Positions 1 through 12,515 of a DNA stretch of 64,000 nucleotides are shown in pieces; positions within the stretch are counted from its first letter, which is position 1; every line of letters starts with the position of its first letter. The notes below the pieces were generated by a model that saw only the letters and a list, made by a program, of their open reading frames with translations, ran no database searches and was not told the origin of the DNA. The position numbers and the translations under genes were made by a program. The stretch is from an uncultured Chloroflexia bacterium (GTDB taxonomy: Bacteria > Chloroflexota > Limnocylindria > Limnocylindrales > CSP1-4): NCBI GenBank assembly GCA_963748625.1, contig CAVVJT010000007.1, forward strand, positions 1,120,001-1,184,000, written 5' to 3'.

Positions 1-939
1 AACGAGAACATCTTCGTGCGGATCCTGGACAACGTCCGCGAGAAGGACATCTTCCTCGTCCAGCCCACCAGCCGGCCGGTCAACCAGTCGATCATGGAGC
101 TCCTGATCATGATCGACGCCTTCAAGCGGGCGTCCGCCGGGCGGATCACGGCCGTGGTGCCGTACTACGCCTACGGCCGCTCGGACAAGAAGGACCAGCC
201 CCGCGTCCCGATCACCGCACGGCTCATCGCAGACATGATCACCGTGGCCGGCGCCGACCGGATGCTGACGATGGACCTCCACCAGGGCCAGATCCAGGGC
301 TTCTTCAACATCCCGGTGGACGAGCTGACGGCTGTGCACATGCTCAGCCGCTACTTCATCGAGAAGGGCCTCGGGGACGCGGTGGTCGTCACGGACCTCG
401 GCTTCGCCAAACGCGCCCGCGCCTTCGCGGAACTGCTCGACGCACCGCTCGCGATCGTGGAGAAGCGCCGCCATGGCAACCTTGACCGCGCCGAGGTCAT
501 CAACGTCATCGGTGAGGTGAAGGACCGCCGGGTCATCATCATCGACGACGAGATCGACACTGCCGGCACCCTGATCGAGATCTCCCGGGCGCTCGAGAAG
601 GCCGGTGCCCTCGACATCCACGCCTGCGCCACCCACGGTGTCCTGTCCGATCCGGCCATCGACCGCATCACGAGCTCCAACCTCGAGGAGGTCGTGGTCA
701 CGGACACCATCCCGCTGCCTGCCCACAAGCACATCCCGCGGATCAAGGTCCTGTCCGTCGCACCGCTCATCGGCGAGGCCATCAAGCGCATCCACCGCGG
801 CGAGTCCGTGGGCGCCCTCTTCTCATCGGAGGTCTCGTTCACGCAGGAGATGCTCCTCTGGGAGGACGGGCTGCAAGGCCCCTCGCGCGAGGCCGAGGAC
901 GACGTACCATCACCGCTGACCACGCCGGCGGGCGCCTAG
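1..939 (+). CDS. prs: Ribose-phosphate pyrophosphokinase (5' end outside the window)
   Basis: Frame open from base 1; motifs VPYYAYGRSDKK, MDLHQGQIQGFF, IIIDDEIDTAGTL, CATHGVLS. Confidence 0.95.
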   Translation, partial: NENIFVRILDNVREKDIFLVQPTSRPVNQSIMELLIMIDAFKRASAGRITAVVPYYAYGRSDKKDQPRVPITARLIADMITVAGADRMLTMDLHQGQIQGFFNIPVDELTAVHMLSRYFIEKGLGDAVVVTDLGFAKRARAFAELLDAPLAIVEKRRHGNLDRAEVINVIGEVKDRRVIIIDDEIDTAGTLIEISRALEKAGALDIHACATHGVLSDPAIDRITSSNLEEVVVTDTIPLPAHKHIPRIKVLSVAPLIGEAIKRIHRGESVGALFSSEVSFTQEMLLWEDGLQGPSREAEDDVPSPLTTPAGA

Positions 940-961
940 GGCCCGCCCAGAACGGAGATCC

Positions 962-1210
962 ATGACCCTGCAGCAGGCCCCGGGCGCCAAGCCGACCCAG
1001 GGCGACGCCGACACGGACTATCGCGACCAGCTGCGGAACCCGCGCTGGGGCAAGGCGCTCAAGGGCGGCCGCCTGCCCGAGATGGCCAACTCCGAGATGA
1101 ACCCCACCTCGACCGGCCGTGCGGTCGCCTTCTGGCTGGTGCTGGGGATCCTCACCTTCGTGATCATCGTGGCCGGCTACACGGTCAACCTGTGGAGCTT
1201 CGCCTCCTAG
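962..1210 (+). CDS. Small hypothetical membrane protein (82 aa, one C-terminal TM helix)
   Basis: GGAG RBS before ATG, host-like codon use, hydrophobic C-terminus. Confidence 0.7.
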   Translation: MTLQQAPGAKPTQGDADTDYRDQLRNPRWGKALKGGRLPEMANSEMNPTSTGRAVAFWLVLGILTFVIIVAGYTVNLWSFAS

Positions 1211-1247
1211 GGAACCGCGGCTGCCGCTCCGGCGTCCGGAGGGCACC

Positions 1248-1436
1248 ATGACCCGAGCGCTGATCTGCACCGGCGTCCTCGGCGGTGGCACCGCCGTCGT
1301 CTTCGCGCTCGCGCTCGCCGTCTCCGTCCTCTTCCCGCAGGGCTCCCTCGTGCCCATGGGCTGGAACGGGGGCTGGGGCAATCCCGTGCCGATGGTCATG
1401 GGCGGCAACGTCTGGACCAACGACGTCTTCATGTGA
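1248..1436 (+). CDS. Small hydrophobic protein, paralog A
   Basis: GGAGG RBS; GVLGGGTAVVFALALAVSVLFPQGSLV aligns with the next ORF. Confidence 0.6.
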   Translation: MTRALICTGVLGGGTAVVFALALAVSVLFPQGSLVPMGWNGGWGNPVPMVMGGNVWTNDVFM

Positions 1437-1478
1437 GCCCGCGGTCCCCGTTCCCGCACCCGTGGAGGCCGAGTCCTG

Positions 1479-1694
1479 ATGCGCGATGCGGCGGTGGTGG
1501 GCGGCGTGCTGGGGGCGGGCTGTGTGGTCGTCTTCGTCCTGGCCGCCCTCGCCTCGATGCTGTTCCCCAACGGGACGCTGGTCAGCCCCGGCTTCTGGGG
1601 TGGCGGCAAGATCATGGTCGACCAGGCGATGCCCGCGGTCGAGCCGGCGATCCTCGACGTGCCGGCCGACGGCGCGGAGGGCGCCGAGAAGTAG
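1479..1694 (+). CDS. Small hydrophobic protein, paralog B
   Basis: GGAGG RBS; GVLGAGCVVVFVLAALASMLFPNGTLV aligns with the previous ORF. Confidence 0.6.
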   Translation: MRDAAVVGGVLGAGCVVVFVLAALASMLFPNGTLVSPGFWGGGKIMVDQAMPAVEPAILDVPADGAEGAEK

Positions 1695-1749
1695 CGCCGG
1701 ACCCGCGTGCACGGGGTCCGAGGGCGCCTGACCCTATACTCACCCGGCC

Positions 1750-4893
<3,144 letters not shown>

Positions 4894-4919
4894 CCAGCCG
4901 CAGCGTCGGGCGGGATCTC

Positions 4920-5522
4920 ATGCGCATCGCAGTCATCGGCGGCCTGCTGGTCGTCCTCGCCGCTGGAGCGGCGACGCTGCGCATCTGGCACCAGGGCACC
5001 ACGGACGAGCAGCGCCCCGTGGATGCCATCGTGGTGCTCGGGGCGGCCCAGTACGACGGGCGTCCCTCGCCTGTCTTCGAGGCGCGCCTGGAGCACGCGG
5101 TACAGCTCTGGCACACCGGGATCGCCGATGCGTTCGTGGTGACAGGCGGCAAGCTCGCCGGCGATCGCACCACCGAGGCTGCCGTGGCTCGTGCCTACGC
5201 GATCGAGCACGGTGTGCCGGCCACGGCCATCTTCGGCGAGGACACGGCGCACAACACCCTGACCTCTCTCCGTGCGGTCAACGACCTCCTGGGGGAGCGC
5301 GGGATGACGTCTGCGGTCTTCGTGTCGGATCCGACGCACATGCTGCGCGTCCTGCGCATCGCGGACGACCTGGGCATCGACGCCTACGGATCGCCTACGA
5401 CCACGTCCCCCGTCTGGGATGACCCGATGCGCACGCTGGAAGCGACCATCCATGAGCTGGGCGCGCTCGCGGTGTACTTCGTGACGGGTGGCGCGCCGTC
5501 CGTGGAGCAGTCCGGCCGCTGA
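4920..5522 (+). CDS. YdcF/ElyC (DUF218) family protein
   Basis: N-terminal TM, DAIVVLGAAQY, VTGG, HNT, VSDPTHMLR motifs. Confidence 0.85.
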   Translation: MRIAVIGGLLVVLAAGAATLRIWHQGTTDEQRPVDAIVVLGAAQYDGRPSPVFEARLEHAVQLWHTGIADAFVVTGGKLAGDRTTEAAVARAYAIEHGVPATAIFGEDTAHNTLTSLRAVNDLLGERGMTSAVFVSDPTHMLRVLRIADDLGIDAYGSPTTTSPVWDDPMRTLEATIHELGALAVYFVTGGAPSVEQSGR

Positions 5523-5604
5523 CAGGCTCGGGGACCGCGCCCACCCCTGGGTCAGTGGTCCATCTCGCGTTGCGGAGCGGGTGGCGCCGCACTATCGTCG
5601 GACC

Positions 5605-6762
5605 GTGGTGGCAGCGGCGAAGGTGCGGGAGCTCCGGGGCGACGAGTTGGCGGACTGGGACGCCCACGCGGTTGATGCGCCGGGTGGCCACGTCTACCAG
5701 TCCCGGGCGTGGGCGGACCATCGCGCGGCCAACGGCTGGCGCCCGCGGTTCATGGCCATGGGGGATGCGCGCGCGCTCGTGCTCGTTCGACCCTGGCCGG
5801 GCCTGCCAGGTGGCTCCGGATACATCCCCAGGGGTCCGGTAGGACCGATCGTGCCGTGGTCGTATGCGGGGGCGCCGGCCGCCGACGGCGCCGGACGAGC
5901 GGTAGGCGAGGCGCTCGCCGCAGTCACGTCGCTGCTGGCGGCCGAGGGCCTCGACGTGCTCGCGGCGGATCCCGAGGTGGCTGAGGGCAACGAGGCCTAT
6001 GGGCGCATCCTCCTGAACAGTGGGTTCCGCGGTATCCCGGAGATCCAGCCGTCGCGTCACAGGCTGGCGCTGCGCCTGACCGGGGTTGACGAGGGCGCCG
6101 CCTTCGGTGGGGTCACCAAGGCGACCCGTCAGCGCATCCGGCAAGCGGAGCGCGAGGGCGTGGTCGTCGTGCGTCATGACACGACGCTCCAGGATCGGGA
6201 TGGCTTTGTCCGTCCCGCCTCGGGCTCGGGCAACGCGCTGGAACAGTTCCACGCACTGATGATCGCGACCGGGCAGCGCCGCGGGTTCGACTTCCCCGGC
6301 CCGGGCGAGTACCTGGCCTGGTGGCATCGGGCCCTGGAAGCGGGACACCTGGTGCATCTCGAGGCGCGCGATGGCGGGCCGGCCGGCGAGGTGCTCGGGG
6401 GGCTCACGTTGTACCGCCACGGCGCACGGCTCTCGACCCAGCATGCCGCCGATCGCGCGGACCGGCGACGCGATCGCCCGGGCACGATGCACCTGCTCCG
6501 ATGGCGCGCGATCCAACTCGCCATCGCCGAGGGCCGTGCCGAGATGGACCTCGGCGGCGTCGACATCGCGGGGGCCCGCCGGATCCCCACTCCGGGCGAG
6601 TCCACCTACGGACTGTACGAGCACAAGCGCTCGTTGGGGGCTGCGTGGGTCGCGCTGGCGGGTGCGCACGAGCGCGTCGAGCGACCCTGGCGGTACGCGG
6701 CAGGCCGGGCTGCGGCACGCGCGGTGCGGACGCTCGGACCGGTGAGACGCGGGAGCCGGTAG
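5605..6762 (+). CDS. FemAB/FemX-like peptidyltransferase (GNAT fold)
   Basis: HVYQSRAW, YIPRGPV, TRQRIRQAEREGV, DLGG, GLYEHKRSLG resemble FemABX motifs; GTG start lies 6 nt after TATCGT. Confidence 0.75.
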   Translation: MVAAAKVRELRGDELADWDAHAVDAPGGHVYQSRAWADHRAANGWRPRFMAMGDARALVLVRPWPGLPGGSGYIPRGPVGPIVPWSYAGAPAADGAGRAVGEALAAVTSLLAAEGLDVLAADPEVAEGNEAYGRILLNSGFRGIPEIQPSRHRLALRLTGVDEGAAFGGVTKATRQRIRQAEREGVVVVRHDTTLQDRDGFVRPASGSGNALEQFHALMIATGQRRGFDFPGPGEYLAWWHRALEAGHLVHLEARDGGPAGEVLGGLTLYRHGARLSTQHAADRADRRRDRPGTMHLLRWRAIQLAIAEGRAEMDLGGVDIAGARRIPTPGESTYGLYEHKRSLGAAWVALAGAHERVERPWRYAAGRAAARAVRTLGPVRRGSR

Positions 6763-6818
6763 CCGGGGCCTGCGCGCGACCCGCACGGAGCGACGCCTCC
6801 GCCGCGCATACTCGGCTC

Positions 6819-7760
6819 GTGATCGAGGTGCGGCCCCTCACGGTGGCGGACGTCGCACCGTGGGCACGTCTGCTCGCGGTCTGCTTCGATCGCTCGCCGA
6901 CCCAGATGGAGGCACTGCTCCGCTGGTTCCACGCCGGCTTCGAGCTCGTGACCATGGGGGCCTGGGACGGCGAGCGGCTCGTCGCCCAGTACAACGCCCG
7001 CCTGCTGCATCTCGAGGTCCCCGGGTTCGAGATGCCGCTGCCCGGCGCGATGGGGCTGAACATGGCCGTGGATGCCGAGTTCCGCGGCCGGGGACTCCTG
7101 GACAAGGTCGCGGCGCCGGTGCACGAGTCGCTCACCTCACGGGGATGCGTGGCGGGGGTGGGCTTCTCCAGTGCGGGCGGCCTCGCCGTCACCAAGGCGA
7201 GTCGGCACTACGGGTACGAGGTGTTGGGGCCGATGGTGTCGCTCGCGGTGCCCCTGGTTCGCCCGCGGTATCCGGAGCCGCTCACAGTCAGCACGTCCTG
7301 GCCAGCCGGACCCGTCAGCTTCGGCGCCGCCAACGACGGCTTCGTCCGTTACGCCACCACCCCCGAATCGTTGCGTCACCGCTACGCGGAGCACCCGTTC
7401 CGTCAGTACGCCTTTGCCACGCACGAACTCGACGGGGTCATCGATGGGCTCGTGGTGTTCCGCGAGACGCGTCTCCGGGGCGTCCCAGCGGTCTCGCTGC
7501 TCGCGGTGCACGGCGACGATCCGGCGATGCTCCTGGGCTCGTTCGCAGCCAGCCTCAGGGCGCGCCGCACCACCCTCGTGCACATGCTCCTTGCTCCGCG
7601 CTCGCCGCTCCGGCAGGCGCTCGCCGCGATGGGCCCGGTCATCGCACTGCCACGCAGCCGGAACCCGTACCACTTGATCACGCGCCGGCTGCAGCCGGAC
7701 GCCCCGCCGATCCTGTTCGACCTCGGACGGTGGGACTGCGCCGGCGGGGACATCCTGTGA
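6819..7760 (+). CDS. GNAT family N-acetyltransferase
   Basis: MAVDAEFRGRGL acetyl-CoA motif; C-terminal GDIL; GTG start 6 nt after CATACT. Confidence 0.75.
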   Translation: MIEVRPLTVADVAPWARLLAVCFDRSPTQMEALLRWFHAGFELVTMGAWDGERLVAQYNARLLHLEVPGFEMPLPGAMGLNMAVDAEFRGRGLLDKVAAPVHESLTSRGCVAGVGFSSAGGLAVTKASRHYGYEVLGPMVSLAVPLVRPRYPEPLTVSTSWPAGPVSFGAANDGFVRYATTPESLRHRYAEHPFRQYAFATHELDGVIDGLVVFRETRLRGVPAVSLLAVHGDDPAMLLGSFAASLRARRTTLVHMLLAPRSPLRQALAAMGPVIALPRSRNPYHLITRRLQPDAPPILFDLGRWDCAGGDIL

Positions 7761-8941
7761 CTGGAGCGCTCGACGGGGTCCGCGTGCTGGACCTCAGCCG
7801 CTTCATCGCAGGGCCGATCTGCGCCCAGATCCTCGGCGACATGGGCGCGGAGGTGATCAAGGTGGAGCGGCCCGGCGGCGAGGATGCCCGCTTCCAGGGC
7901 CCGTTCCTGGACGGCGAGAGCCTGTATCCGATGGCGTACAACCGCAACAAGTCGTCGGTGACGCTCGATACGCGGCACCGGGACGCGGCACGGATCCTCG
8001 AGCGGCTCGTTGCCTGGGCGGACGTCCTGGTCGAGAACTACCGGCCGGGGACGCTTGACGCGATGGGTTTCGGCTGGGTCCGGCTGCATGACGCGTACCC
8101 ACGGCTCGTGCTCACGTCGCTGTCGGGCTTCGGTCAGACCGGACCCCTCGCCGATCGCGCGCTGTTCGACCCGATCGCGCAGGCAGCATCGGGGCTCATG
8201 AGCCTGACCGGGGAGCCCGGCCGACCCCCGATGCTTGCGGGCACGTACATCGCAGACCACGTGGCCGGCCTCTACGGTGCGATCGGGACCCTGGTCGCGC
8301 TCCTTGCGCGGGCGTCCACAGGCGTCGGGCAGCGCGTGGACGTGGCCTCGCTCGACGCGCTCGTGTCCGTGCTTGGGACGCGGCCGATGGCGTATGCGAT
8401 GCTGGGCGAGCAGCCGGCGAGGATGGGCTCGCGAGACCCCTACTCCGCGCCCGCCAACGTCTTCAAGGCCGCCGACGGACACGTGTACCTCCACGCGGGC
8501 ACGGACTCGCTGTTTCCCAGGCTGTGCACGGCCATCGGCCGCGAGGCGCTGGCCGCCGACCCGCGCTTCGCAACGATCGCCGCTCGCCTCGCCAACGTCG
8601 ATGTGCTGGAGGCGGAGGTGGGCGCGTGGACCATTCTCCGCACGAAGCTCGAGATCGAGGAGATGCTCGCCGCAGCAGGCGTTCCCTGCTCAGGCGTCGC
8701 GGACATGGCCGACGTGATCACCTCACCGCAACTGCGCGCCCGGGACATGTTCGTGGAGATGGCCGGGACGCCCGTCGGCACCGCTGTCCTCACTGGGATC
8801 CCGATGAAGCTCGATGGCACGCCGGGGTCGATCCGCAGACCGCCACCGAGCGTCGGTGCCGATACGGACCGGGTGCTCACCGAGATCGTCGGGCTCGACG
8901 CAGCGGCCATCGGGGTGCTGCGAGCGTCCCGGACCATCTGA
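7757..8941 (+). CDS. CoA-transferase family III (CaiB/BaiF)
   Basis: LDGVRVLDLSRFIAGP, LGDMGAEVIKVERP, NRNKSSVTLD, ADVLVENYRPG; GTGA overlap with the upstream gene. Confidence 0.92.
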   Translation: MTGALDGVRVLDLSRFIAGPICAQILGDMGAEVIKVERPGGEDARFQGPFLDGESLYPMAYNRNKSSVTLDTRHRDAARILERLVAWADVLVENYRPGTLDAMGFGWVRLHDAYPRLVLTSLSGFGQTGPLADRALFDPIAQAASGLMSLTGEPGRPPMLAGTYIADHVAGLYGAIGTLVALLARASTGVGQRVDVASLDALVSVLGTRPMAYAMLGEQPARMGSRDPYSAPANVFKAADGHVYLHAGTDSLFPRLCTAIGREALAADPRFATIAARLANVDVLEAEVGAWTILRTKLEIEEMLAAAGVPCSGVADMADVITSPQLRARDMFVEMAGTPVGTAVLTGIPMKLDGTPGSIRRPPPSVGADTDRVLTEIVGLDAAAIGVLRASRTI

Positions 8942-9090
8942 CCGTCGCTTCGATCTCGTCGGCCGGCTGGTGCGACATCCCGCCGACCTGCCCCCACCTG
9001 CGGTGCGGCCCACTCGGCCCACTTTGGCCCGCGGGACGCCGAAGCCGCAAGATTCGCGCGAAATAGGGGGCCTAAGGCCTTCCTGCCCTC

Positions 9091-9119
9091 TTGGAATGCT
9101 GGGAATCGGCCCCTATACT
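9091..9119 (+). promoter_or_regulatory. Sigma70-type promoter for the Cys-rich ORF and prfB
   Basis: TTGGAA-17 nt-TATACT. Confidence 0.6.
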
Positions 9120-9240
9120 CGCCTTCAGTCTTTCGCTCCAGGGACCCGCGTCGCCGGTATACCACTCCAGCCCAGCGTCCGGCGCCGCAACGTCCCGCAC
9201 CGTCACACGTCCGACAGCGAAAGGCCAGGAGAGAGGGACT

Positions 9241-9465
9241 GTGAAGCAGGCTGAGGAAGCCCAGTTCGTGGATCTCATCGCTTGCGAACGTGACTGCCGC
9301 AATTGCAGCTACGCGTCCTCGTTGGACTGCGATGGCAACTGCGGTGTCTGCACCCACAACGCGTATTGTCCTTGCGTGAACCCCGTCGTCGCCCGGAGCA
9401 AGACCGCCCTTCGGCTGATCGAGCTCCGTCCGATCCTGCTCCAGGACCTCCAGGTGCGCTCCTAG
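9241..9465 (+). CDS. 74-aa cysteine-rich hypothetical protein (CX3CX2C-X7-CX3CX2C-X5-CPC)
   Basis: Purine-rich RBS AGGAGAGAGGG before GTG; eight patterned Cys; its TAG overlaps the prfB GTG. Confidence 0.65.
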   Translation: MKQAEEAQFVDLIACERDCRNCSYASSLDCDGNCGVCTHNAYCPCVNPVVARSKTALRLIELRPILLQDLQVRS

Positions 9466-10587
9466 TGGATGCCGCTTCCCTGAAGGACCTCGCCGAGCGG
9501 ATCCGGGCGACCTCGGGGCGTCTTTGACTTAGCCGCCAAGGAACAACGCGTCGCCGCTCTCGACGAGCGCGCGCTCGAGCCCGGTTTCTGGAACGACCAG
9601 CGCTCCGCGCAGAAGGTCGTCCGCGAGGCCCAGGGCCTCCGCGACGAGATCGAGCTCTGGACCGGGCTGCAGAAGCGGGTCGCCGACCTTGAGGAGCTGC
9701 TCATGCTGCTCGAGGACAGCCCGGACCCCGAGACCGAGGCCGAGGTCGCCCGCGAGGCTGATGCCCTGGCCGTGGACTTCGCACGCGAGCGCACGCTGCT
9801 GCTGTTCTCAGGTGACTACGACAGCAAGAACGCGGTGATCTCGATCAGTGCGGGTGCCGGCGGCACCGAGGCCACCGACTGGGCCGAGATGCTCGAACGC
9901 ATGTACCTGCGCTGGTGCGAGCGCCACCGCTTCAAGGCCGAGGTCATCGACTGGCAGCCGGGCGAGCAGGCGGGCATCAAGAGCGCCACGATCCAGGTCA
10001 CCGGGCGCTTCGCGTACGGCTGGCTGCGCGTGGAGCGCGGCGTCCACCGGCTGGTCCGCATCTCCCCGTACGACGCCCAGAACCGCCGCCAGACCACGTT
10101 CGCGCTGCTCGAGGTGATGCCCGAGGCGGACGACGACGTGGCGATCGAGCTCAACTGGGACGAGATCCGCGTGGACACGTTCCGCTCATCGGGCGCGGGC
10201 GGCCAGCATGTCCAGAAGACGGAGTCCGCGATCCGCCTGACGCACATCCCCACCGGCATCGTGGTCGCGTGCCAGAACGAGCGTTCCGCAACCCAGAACC
10301 GTGAGATCGCGATCCGGGTCCTCAAGTCCCGCCTCCTGGAGCTGGAGCTGGAGAAGCGCGAGGAGGAGCTGCGCAAGCTGCGCGGCGAGCATGTGACGGC
10401 CGGCTGGGGCAACCAGATCCGCTCCTACGTCCTGCACCCGTACCAGATGGTCAAGGACCTTCGCTCGGCCCACGAGACATCCAACACGGGCGCAGTCCTC
10501 GATGGCGACCTCGATCCCTTCATGCAGGCCGAGCTCGACCGTCTCGCGACCGGCCGGCCCGCCGCCGAGGTCGGCGACGACGACTGA
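9465..10587 (+). CDS. prfB: Peptide chain release factor 2 with programmed +1 frameshift
   Basis: Short 5' ORF ends GGGG CGT CTT TGA C (9522-9528); +1 frame continues DLAAKEQR..PGFWND; GVHRLVRISPY and SGAGGQHV motifs. Confidence 0.96.
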
Positions 10588-11623
10588 GCCGGCCGGGCCT
10601 GACGGCCCCATCCCGCCGTTCGGCGGCGGGCACGCGCGCAACCCCGTCCGCTACCGGCCCGGCACGCTGGACGACGTGAATGCATGCGCGCTTCTCTGGA
10701 AGGACGCGATCGAGGACTACCTGGTCCCGCTCGGGCAGCCGGCCCTCTCCGACGAGCTGGGGCCGCTGAAGCGGCTGCTGGCCCACACGATGGCAACGGA
10801 CCCTGACCGGTTCTGGGTGGCACTGGACACTGGCGGGGCGTTCGCCGGGTTCTCGTCCGCCACCGTCCGCGAGGGGCTGTGGTTCCTTGCGATGCTCTTC
10901 GTGCGGCCCGGTCTGCAGGGGCGTGGGGTGGGCGAGGCGCTGATGGACCGGGCGCAGGCGGGCCGGGACGTGGATCCGGGCGGGCCTGCGGTGCCATCGC
11001 CGGACCAGCCGTTCGACACGGGCTTCCACACCTGGGGCATGTGCACCGACGCCGCCCAGCCGCGCTCGAACGGGCTCTACGCCCGGCGCGGCATGCCGCC
11101 GCGCGTACCTGTCTGGCGCGTGGTCGGCGAGGTGCGCCGGTGGTCGGCGCTGCCAGCGCTGCCCTCGTCGCTGGAAGCCGTCCCGTTCGAGCACCTGGCA
11201 CTCGACGGGCCTGACGGCGAGCGGCGGCTGGAGGAGACGGTGGCCACCGTGGACCGCGAGTTGATCGGCGCGGCCCATCCGCCCGATCACTGGCACCTGC
11301 GCCAGGAAGGCCGCGCCGGGTTCCTGGTCCGGGAGCGCGCGGGCGGGCGGGCCCTGGGCTACGTGTACGGCTCGGGGGGCGGGCGCCTGGGTCCGCTGGC
11401 AGCGTTGGACCCGGAGCTCCAGCCGGCGCTCTGCGGCGTCGCGATCCGGGACACCCCGACGTTCGGGACCGTCGCGATGTGGGTTCCGGGCACCGCCGAC
11501 CGGGCGATGCGCGCCCTGCTCGCAGCCGGGCTTCGCCTGGAGGGGTTCCCGGGCCTCGTGTGCTGGTCACGCGCCGACCACCCCTTCGAGCGCTACGTGC
11601 CCATCTCGCTGGCCCTGGTGTAG
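10502..11623 (+). CDS. GNAT family N-acetyltransferase (true start uncertain, probably near 10580-10650)
   Basis: LFVRPGLQGRGVGEAL and NGLYARRG motifs. Confidence 0.75.
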   Translation: MATSIPSCRPSSTVSRPAGPPPRSATTTEPAGPDGPIPPFGGGHARNPVRYRPGTLDDVNACALLWKDAIEDYLVPLGQPALSDELGPLKRLLAHTMATDPDRFWVALDTGGAFAGFSSATVREGLWFLAMLFVRPGLQGRGVGEALMDRAQAGRDVDPGGPAVPSPDQPFDTGFHTWGMCTDAAQPRSNGLYARRGMPPRVPVWRVVGEVRRWSALPALPSSLEAVPFEHLALDGPDGERRLEETVATVDRELIGAAHPPDHWHLRQEGRAGFLVRERAGGRALGYVYGSGGGRLGPLAALDPELQPALCGVAIRDTPTFGTVAMWVPGTADRAMRALLAAGLRLEGFPGLVCWSRADHPFERYVPISLALV

Positions 11624-11717
11624 CAGCCACAGGCCCCGAACGATGGGCGGGAGCACGACCCACCCGCCCATCGGCGGGCGGGCACGATGCGGCACGCGAT
11701 GCTAGCCTCGGGGGAAC

Positions 11718-12512
11718 GTGGCGACCCCGAGCCAGCAGGCATCCCCCGCACCCGAACGGCAGGCGAGTCCCTCGCTGCTCCGGCGCCTCACGCGACGTGG
11801 CGCGGTGACGGGCAGGGACGCCTCGGTTGTGGTGCTGCACGACGTCACCAAGAGATACCCCAACGGCAAGGTCGCGCTCAAGGACGTGGACCTCGTGGTG
11901 CCCGAGGGCGACTTCGTGTTCCTGGTGGGCCCGTCGGGTGCCGGCAAGTCCACCCTGTTGAAGCTGCTGATCCGCGACGAGCTGGCCACGCGCGGAGACG
12001 TGGTCATCGACGGCTACGACCTCGCCCGGATCCGCCGCCGCCAGGTGCCCAAGATCCGACGCAAGATCGGCATCGTCTTCCAGGACTTCAAGCTGCTCCC
12101 GCGCAAGTCGGTCTACGAGAACGTCGCCTTCGCGCTGGAGGTCACGGGCACGCCGCGGCGCGAGATCCGGCCTGCCGTGGAACGCGTGCTCGCGCTCGTG
12201 GGCCTCACCGGCCAGGCCGACCAGATCCCCACCCAGCTGTCGGGCGGCGAGCAGCAGCGCACCGCGATCGCTCGAGCGCTCGTCCACGACCCCCGGATCA
12301 TCATCGCGGACGAGCCCACCGGCAACCTGGACCCGGTGATCAGCTGGGAGATCATCCAGCTGCTGCTGCGCATCAACGAGCTGGGCGTCACGATCCTCAT
12401 GGGGACCCACGACGCCGAGGTGGTCACAGCACTGCGCAAGCGCGTGGTGGCGCTCGAGGACGGCCGGGTCATCCGTGACGAGACCGGCGCCGCCTACCAC
12501 CGCGAGGACTAG
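11718..12512 (+). CDS. ftsE: Cell division ABC ATPase FtsE
   Basis: GPSGAGKST, IGIVFQDFKLL, LSGGEQQR, ADEPTGNLD; followed by ftsX. Confidence 0.93.
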   Translation: MATPSQQASPAPERQASPSLLRRLTRRGAVTGRDASVVVLHDVTKRYPNGKVALKDVDLVVPEGDFVFLVGPSGAGKSTLLKLLIRDELATRGDVVIDGYDLARIRRRQVPKIRRKIGIVFQDFKLLPRKSVYENVAFALEVTGTPRREIRPAVERVLALVGLTGQADQIPTQLSGGEQQRTAIARALVHDPRIIIADEPTGNLDPVISWEIIQLLLRINELGVTILMGTHDAEVVTALRKRVVALEDGRVIRDETGAAYHRED

Positions 12513-12515
12513 CCG

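Noticed and set aside
9241-9465. Complete radical-SAM RiPP cluster around the Cys-rich ORF
   Set aside because: No radical SAM, SPASM, RRE or transporter gene in the neighbourhood; kept only as an open possibility
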